Shown here piece by piece: positions 45,554 to 50,476 of a stretch of 50,476 nt of DNA. This DNA is from a virus. Taxonomy: Duplodnaviria > Caudoviricetes. Each line of letters opens with the position of its first letter. Positions within the stretch are counted from its first letter, which is position 1. The stretch is from positions 1 through 50,476 of the IMG/VR virus record IMGVR_UViG_3300037247_000358; one strand, 5' to 3'. Position numbers and translations under genes: made by a program. The notes beneath the pieces are model-generated. The model was not told the DNA's origin. It made no database searches and was given only the letters and a program-made list of their open reading frames with translations.

Positions 45554-45724
45554 ATGGCAACCTCCGCCAACTCACACAAAAAAGTAACCACCTCTTTCCG
45601 AATCGAACCGGAACTGCTGCGCCTGTTCAGGAAGAAACATCCAAAGCTAGGCAATCGAAGCCGAATCATCAACAAGCTAATCGGGAAATACTTACAAGGT
45701 CGTATACCACTAAGCACAAACTAA
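45554..45724 (+). CDS. Ribbon-helix-helix (CopG/Arc-like) DNA-binding protein, probably leaderless
   Basis: KVTTSFRIEPELLRLF...GNRSRIINKLIGKYL; ATG 6 nt after the -10 box, no RBS. Confidence 0.75.
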   Translation: MATSANSHKKVTTSFRIEPELLRLFRKKHPKLGNRSRIINKLIGKYLQGRIPLSTN

Positions 45725-45739
45725 GAAACGAAGTCGGAG

Positions 45740-46291
45740 GTGCCAACCGTGACTTGTCAGGAATGTGAAAGGACTTCAACTTTTACCTGCACCAAATGTA
45801 ATGCCAGCTTTTGCCCCGACCACTTGTCTCCGCTAGACGGGGAATACTGCGTAAACTGCCTGACGATGGAATCTGCCGAAACAATATCAGAACCCCTCGT
45901 TGACGAAGAAGGTGTAACCCACAAGGGTCGCCACATCATAGTCACCGGGGAAATTTACCAAACTCAAGCCAGGGCCATCAGCGACAGGACAGATGAAGAA
46001 TTAGAGATTTGGATTTCCCACTACCAAGAGCTTGTGCGGGATGCTGAAAAGACATTAGAGTATCGCCGGATTATGAAAGGCATCCTACTCATCGAGCGGG
46101 CTGACAGGCAAGGCACAGCTAGCAAAATTCTCGCAAGAATTCGCATTCCAGCAGCAGCAAAGAAACACGGTGGCGTCACGTTAAGGAGTACTACTGCACC
46201 GCAGAAACTAGCAGCGGCGTTGAAGGCAGCAGGGGTGACTAAGGAAATGCTGGAAGGGATGATAGCCACAAAGATGGGGGTGAAGAAATGA
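45740..46291 (+). CDS. Zn-finger (B-box-like) plus coiled-coil protein
   Basis: CQEC..CTKC...FCPDH...CVNC; GGAGG RBS. Confidence 0.7.
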   Translation: MPTVTCQECERTSTFTCTKCNASFCPDHLSPLDGEYCVNCLTMESAETISEPLVDEEGVTHKGRHIIVTGEIYQTQARAISDRTDEELEIWISHYQELVRDAEKTLEYRRIMKGILLIERADRQGTASKILARIRIPAAAKKHGGVTLRSTTAPQKLAAALKAAGVTKEMLEGMIATKMGVKK

Positions 46292-46534
46292 AAAAGGGAA
46301 ATCTGTATGACATACTGTTAGTACTTGGAGCAGTTGCACTTGGATTACTCTTGGGAATTGGGCGTTAACTTTGAAGTTGGAATTTAAGTTACAGGACTGT
46401 TGGGTTGGCGTTTACTGGGAGGTGACAAAGAGGCCACATAGCAAATCCATGGTTGTTGACCTATGGGTTTGCTTATTGCCTACATTACCAATGCACTTTC
46501 AATGGGAACAAGGTACAGATAAGGTGAAAAAGGA

Positions 46535-47569
46535 ATGACACCAGAACAAATTTCCCAGCAAAAAATTTCCGAGCCAAAACCGGTGAAACCAGGTACGCTC
46601 TACAACATACTGCCCGACGGTCGCTGGGAATTTTTCTTTGACAACTATACCATCACCGCCCATACCACCTGCGAACAGAAGTTTGAATACTCCCACATAG
46701 AACATTTAGGAACTCCGGGCCGTGGCTTCGCAAGAGACATTGGCATTTGGTGGCATGAGTGCATGGCATTCTTTTACAAAGCCGTGCAACGGGGTAGTCC
46801 TCTCTCCCGAGGAGATTTTGTTGCTGGTGGTTTGTACCACTGGAACCAACTGAAGATGGAGGAGATAGAACAGTTTGCACCAAAGCAGTACCAAAGGTTT
46901 AACGGAACCAACGGTGCCATCGTAATGCTGGACAGATACTATGATGTTGGTATCCGAGACCAACAACTGTTTGATGTTATTGCCGTTGAGTCTGGCTTCG
47001 GCTACAACCGAGAGGTACTGGTTGGAGAAACTGACAAAGTTGTGCTGTACTACACAGGCCGCCCTGACCTCATCATAAAGATGAAAGACACAGCACGCCG
47101 AACAATGCCGCTGGACCACAAATCTGTGGACAGAGTTACTGGCAACGAAAACAAGATGTTCAAGCCGCATGGTCAGACAGCCGGGTACATTTTCACAACC
47201 GAAGTCATACTTCAGAAACATGAACCAGACACCCGCGTTGACCGTTGTGTTATTAATGTCTGTGCCAGGCAGGAGCCTTCCGACAAGCCACGCAATGGCA
47301 AAACACCAAGGCCAAGATTTACAAGGGTTTACCCTGGCTACGCCCGTGATGAGATAGAATTTTGGAGGCACCAAAAGCTACTGCAAGCGGAGAGTGTACG
47401 TCACAGCATCGAGAACAATGAGTGGGTTTGGAAGGAAAGTTCCTGCCATCTGTATAGTGGCTGTGAATACAGGAGAATCTGTGCTGTGCCAGCCGGGTCT
47501 AGGGACATAATAAAGAAATCTAAGTATATACAGGTAGCAGCTTGGAAGCCGTACGGGGAGGAGGATTAA
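46535..47569 (+). CDS. PD-(D/E)XK exonuclease (AddB/Cas4-like, probable Fe-S cluster)
   Basis: TTCEQK, AVE, GRPDLI, LDHKS, Q..GY, C-terminal CHLYSGCEYRRIC. Confidence 0.85.
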   Translation: MTPEQISQQKISEPKPVKPGTLYNILPDGRWEFFFDNYTITAHTTCEQKFEYSHIEHLGTPGRGFARDIGIWWHECMAFFYKAVQRGSPLSRGDFVAGGLYHWNQLKMEEIEQFAPKQYQRFNGTNGAIVMLDRYYDVGIRDQQLFDVIAVESGFGYNREVLVGETDKVVLYYTGRPDLIIKMKDTARRTMPLDHKSVDRVTGNENKMFKPHGQTAGYIFTTEVILQKHEPDTRVDRCVINVCARQEPSDKPRNGKTPRPRFTRVYPGYARDEIEFWRHQKLLQAESVRHSIENNEWVWKESSCHLYSGCEYRRICAVPAGSRDIIKKSKYIQVAAWKPYGEED

Positions 47570-47571
47570 GC

Positions 47572-48411
47572 ATGGAACAAACAAGTATGGAGTTCGCAGA
47601 GCCATTCAGCCAACTAAAACTAGCTCTCGTTGGTGTGGAGAAGTCCTGGAAAAGTAGGACAGCAGCTACGGGCCGCAAGCCAGTTTTATTCCTTGACTTT
47701 GACCAACGCAAAGAGGCAATAGCTGGTTACAAAGATGTATATGCCAGTACCTTTGCCGATAAAGGTGGCTACTTCATGCCTGAGGCATACACAGAAACCT
47801 TGGACCTTCACACAAGACTAGAAGAGTCCCTCTACCTTAACAAACTGGGCTTTGACGGGGCTCCAGAGGATACAGAGGTACAATCCATAGTCTATGACTC
47901 CATCCAGAACTTCTCAAAGGCCGCGATGCGCTTTGCCCTCTACAACACAAAGGAAATTAGGCGTGAGATAAAAATACCAGGCGCAGATGCCATTCGCATC
48001 CCCAAGAGCTTCGATGCCTGGAAGGCAGAAATGACTATGGTAGAGGATTGTATCCTCAGGGCCATGGCCCTCCGACGCTCAAACGGAAACAAAGTTGACG
48101 TTATCGTAATTCTACACGAAGTCCCTGAGGAATCACCAGGCTCCACCATTGAGAAACCAGAATACACTGGTAAAGCCTGCGTGTACCCAGTTCGCTACAA
48201 GGGTATTCTAAACCTGTTTAACGAGGTCTGGAGGATGGAGTTGGTGCCTCCAACAGATGTGAAAGAGGGACAGGATGCCAACATCTATGTTGGCAGGGCC
48301 ACCACCGCCGCAGACTATACTTTCAACGCCGCATCAAATCTGTTGGTGAGTCAATACGTTGAACGTCCCAACATCGCAGAGATGATTGAAACAAGTTTGA
48401 GAGCGAAATAA
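47572..48411 (+). CDS. Sak4-like/AAA_24 ATPase (recombinase)
   Basis: LVGVEKSWKS (Walker A variant), LFLDFD, IVYDS, IVILHE; between exonuclease and SSB. Confidence 0.75.
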   Translation: MEQTSMEFAEPFSQLKLALVGVEKSWKSRTAATGRKPVLFLDFDQRKEAIAGYKDVYASTFADKGGYFMPEAYTETLDLHTRLEESLYLNKLGFDGAPEDTEVQSIVYDSIQNFSKAAMRFALYNTKEIRREIKIPGADAIRIPKSFDAWKAEMTMVEDCILRAMALRRSNGNKVDVIVILHEVPEESPGSTIEKPEYTGKACVYPVRYKGILNLFNEVWRMELVPPTDVKEGQDANIYVGRATTAADYTFNAASNLLVSQYVERPNIAEMIETSLRAK

Positions 48412-48433
48412 ATCCAACAGGAGGAACACAGCA

Positions 48434-48853
48434 ATGCCAAAGGTACGAGTCAGTAAAGAGTCAGTAAAAGCACCAGAGGCCCATCCAGAGGGTATTTACC
48501 AATACCGCCTGGCAGGCTTCAAGCCGCAGCTTTCCAAGGACAAGGGCTCCATCAACCTCAACCCGCAAATGATGATTATCAACCACCCCACACTCAACGG
48601 CAAGCACATCTTCCTCAACCTGAACACCAAAGCAGGCTGGATTCTCAAAGCCTTTGTCGAGAACCTTGGCCTCAAAATGGTCGAAGTCGGTGAAGACCTC
48701 GACATGCCAGGCGAGTTCACTGGGCCTGAGGACAACCCCAAGAACTGGAAGTACACCGGCCCACTCCTGGGACGGACAGGCAGGGTCAAGGTAATTCAGG
48801 CCGATAACACCAGAGGTGGCATCAAGAACGAAATCGAGGAGTGGCTGAAGTAG
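48434..48853 (+). CDS. DUF669-like single-stranded DNA-binding protein
   Basis: PEGIY, SKDKG, LLGRTGRVKV...KNEI; follows the Sak4-like gene. Confidence 0.65.
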   Translation: MPKVRVSKESVKAPEAHPEGIYQYRLAGFKPQLSKDKGSINLNPQMMIINHPTLNGKHIFLNLNTKAGWILKAFVENLGLKMVEVGEDLDMPGEFTGPEDNPKNWKYTGPLLGRTGRVKVIQADNTRGGIKNEIEEWLK

Positions 48854-48858
48854 TCGCG

Positions 48859-48989
48859 GCCAACCACCGCGCTCCGCAACGCTAAGGTTCCATCTAGAGG
48901 GTGGTTACAGAAGCCCATCCACTAGGTTGTAATGACGGTTGGCACCGGCGGGGGGACGTAGTTGGAACGCTGCGTTCCCTGCGTGGAGC
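48859..48989 (+). ncRNA. Candidate structured RNA/pseudoknot
   Basis: Stems 48859-65/48937-43, 48871-77/48983-89, hairpin 48948-48982. Confidence 0.4.
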
Positions 48990-49003
48990 CTCGGTAACAA
49001 GCA

Positions 49004-49531
49004 ATGGCTTTTCAAAAACCATTTACGTTGCTGTTTGAACCAGGCTTACTGGATGCCTTTCAGAAAGAAATTGAACGGCTGCTAAACGTACACTTTTCAT
49101 CAGAGGATTATGGATTTACAGAGGCACACAAAATGTGGAAAGATGTAAACGGAGTTCATCTGAACCTCCAACGCAGGCGATACTACAAACTTGGAACTAA
49201 CATAAACGGCGTGCCTGCATACATTTGCATCGGCACCCTAAGTGAGGGGGGAGAGTACATAGCCGTACACCTGAAATCGGACGGCACTGTCCGTCGGCTC
49301 GATAACCTAGCATCAGAGAACGTCGAGCACCCATTTGTGGAACCTTCTATTACCATCTCACGTGAAATGTACCAGGGTATGCAGATGATACAGCCGATAG
49401 ATGAAAGGGCCAAGCAACTGATTTGCCGTGTGGAAAAGGAGTATGATAGAGAATACATAAATCTCTACTTCAATGATTCAAAGGCCCTGTCTGCCTTTGT
49501 GGAGGAATTTCCGTGGGCGGTCAAAACGTAG
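49004..49531 (+). CDS. Hypothetical protein (175 aa)
   Basis: Long ORF on the arm's coding strand; weak RBS. Confidence 0.65.
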   Translation: MAFQKPFTLLFEPGLLDAFQKEIERLLNVHFSSEDYGFTEAHKMWKDVNGVHLNLQRRRYYKLGTNINGVPAYICIGTLSEGGEYIAVHLKSDGTVRRLDNLASENVEHPFVEPSITISREMYQGMQMIQPIDERAKQLICRVEKEYDREYINLYFNDSKALSAFVEEFPWAVKT

Positions 49532-49554
49532 TTTCCGCTAAGGGGGCTAAAGCA

Positions 49555-50298
49555 ATGAGCAGAGAGATTATTGACCGTGAGCATGTTGGCCGTCTGATGC
49601 ACGAGTCGTGGTCGCGTACTAAGAGGGCACAGGGGTTTCATGGGCCAAACGACAAGTGCCCACTGAATCCTACCGGCAAGTTGATACGCCACCGAACCAA
49701 TCCGACCCCCAATAACTGTGTTTGCACGAAGCAACATCTTGACCTAATCCCTTGGGACGACCTCCCAGAAAAGCAGAAGGACATCAACCGCCACGCTTTC
49801 GACGATGTGCTGCCTTATTTCGAGCGCCTCCTAGCCGACGAGCGGAAGAAGTTCGTGTTCGAACGTGTACCAACTATAGAAGAGGCTATCAAGGAGATTT
49901 GCAGGACGCTGCGACCGTTGGATGACGACGTAGAGATTCAGTCACCCTATTTACGGGCACGGTTGAAGCAACTCATTGGCAAGGCCGTGAAAGAAGAACG
50001 GGAACGGCTGTTAGCACCTTCTCCCTGTGGTCAGCAGGGACACATAGCGAATGATTGGTATTCCGTCTGTTCTGCTCACGGATTCTACCAGGACAGTTGT
50101 GGAAATTGCAAGTGTGGCGACTGTTTTCGTTGCAAAGAACTGCAAGCTGAGCGGGAGAAGGTGAGGGAGATGTGTGCTGAATGGATGGAGCACAGCGTGG
50201 ACAAAGGTTGCAGTGGTGTGTTAGGCGAGTGTTCATGTGGCCTAGAAAACTTTCTACAACTCGACCTCACCGCACCAAACGAGAAGGAGGGAAAATGA
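49555..50298 (+). CDS. RyR-domain protein with insertion and Cys/His-rich C-terminal region (start moved to MSREII)
   Basis: GRLMHESWSRTKRAQGF...HLDLIPWDDLPEKQKDINR; CSAH...CGNCKCGDCFRC. Confidence 0.75.
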   Translation: MSREIIDREHVGRLMHESWSRTKRAQGFHGPNDKCPLNPTGKLIRHRTNPTPNNCVCTKQHLDLIPWDDLPEKQKDINRHAFDDVLPYFERLLADERKKFVFERVPTIEEAIKEICRTLRPLDDDVEIQSPYLRARLKQLIGKAVKEERERLLAPSPCGQQGHIANDWYSVCSAHGFYQDSCGNCKCGDCFRCKELQAEREKVREMCAEWMEHSVDKGCSGVLGECSCGLENFLQLDLTAPNEKEGK

Positions 50299-50476
50299 GC
50301 GAGATAAACCTAGTAGAGCGTAGAGCAGTTTTCGTCTATGAAGCCGCACGGCTTGCGGCTCTCGCGGCCAAGGCTCCGATTGTTCCAGTTGCGTGGAATG
50401 AACGAGAAGAAGATTTCCGTCATCAATTCCTCGCAGTAATTGAACGCCAATGTGGGCCACAGCGGTCTAATTCACC
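50295..50476 (+). CDS. 5' part of the RyR-domain gene that continues at 3..365
   Basis: AAGGAGG RBS, ATGA coupling, open frame through the terminal overlap. Confidence 0.8.
   Translation, partial: MSEINLVERRAVFVYEAARLAALAAKAPIVPVAWNEREEDFRHQFLAVIERQCGPQRSNS
50350..50476 (+). repeat. Terminal direct repeat, copy 2 (assembly overlap)
   Basis: Identical to 1..127. Confidence 0.95.

Larger units (their letters stand above)
1..50476. mobile_element. Complete circular(ly permuted) dsDNA tailed bacteriophage genome, podovirus-like, unit length 50,349 bp
   Basis: Exact 127-bp end overlap; TerL, portal, capsid, adaptor, nozzle, tailspike, endolysin and PolA present; no tape-measure or tail-tube gene recognised; no host housekeeping operons. 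Confidence 0.95.

Noticed and set aside
46535-47569. Cas4/CRISPR system
   Set aside because: No repeat-spacer array or other cas genes seen; the exonuclease-Sak4-SSB context indicates a recombination nuclease.
48859-48989. HDV-like ribozyme or cobalamin riboswitch
   Set aside because: Stem order is HDV-like, but there is no P3/L3/P1.1 core or catalytic-C J4/2 strand; only a short CCGCAAC resemblance to B12 elements.
1-50476. tRNA genes, integrase/attP, DGR or alternative genetic code
   Set aside because: No cloverleaf, integrase or reverse-transcriptase motifs seen; core genes are full length in the standard code and use all three stop codons.

Overview
The window is an apparently complete, circularly assembled dsDNA tailed-phage genome of 50,349 bp. 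Bases 1-127 equal 50350-50476, and one gene runs across that junction. It has two divergent arms. The + strand early/replication arm (~36.8 kb through the junction to 8.5 kb) carries strong sigma70 promoters, many small Zn-finger proteins, J-domain, vWA, FtsK-motor and RHH proteins, a PD-(D/E)XK exonuclease/Sak4-like ATPase/SSB module, two RyR-domain proteins, a stand-alone NrdJ C-terminal domain, a ParB-HTH-DNA methyltransferase fusion, an HNH, a UDG-PolA fusion, a DUF3987-type helicase and GroES. The - strand late arm (36.2 to 8.5 kb) carries TerS, TerL, portal, scaffold, major capsid, an M15 endolysin, nozzle, tailspike, adaptor and four probable ejection proteins, i.e. a podovirus-like layout. 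I could not recognise an integrase, primase, ParA, tRNA or CRISPR array. The strongest unexplained signals are: (1) five copies of a TGTTTA-N5-TAAACA palindrome, one matching the Vibrio parS2-type consensus, spaced about 8-10 kb apart in a genome encoding a full ParB-methyltransferase fusion but no ParA; (2) the tailspike and three neighbouring late proteins carry Sec-type signal peptides; (3) a ~300-bp nested hairpin around an AT-rich loop in a primase-less phage; (4) two candidate structured ncRNAs; (5) an IHF-like element at a fixed distance upstream of all five strong promoters; (6) near-total GATC avoidance. All calls come from motif recognition by eye; no database searches were run.
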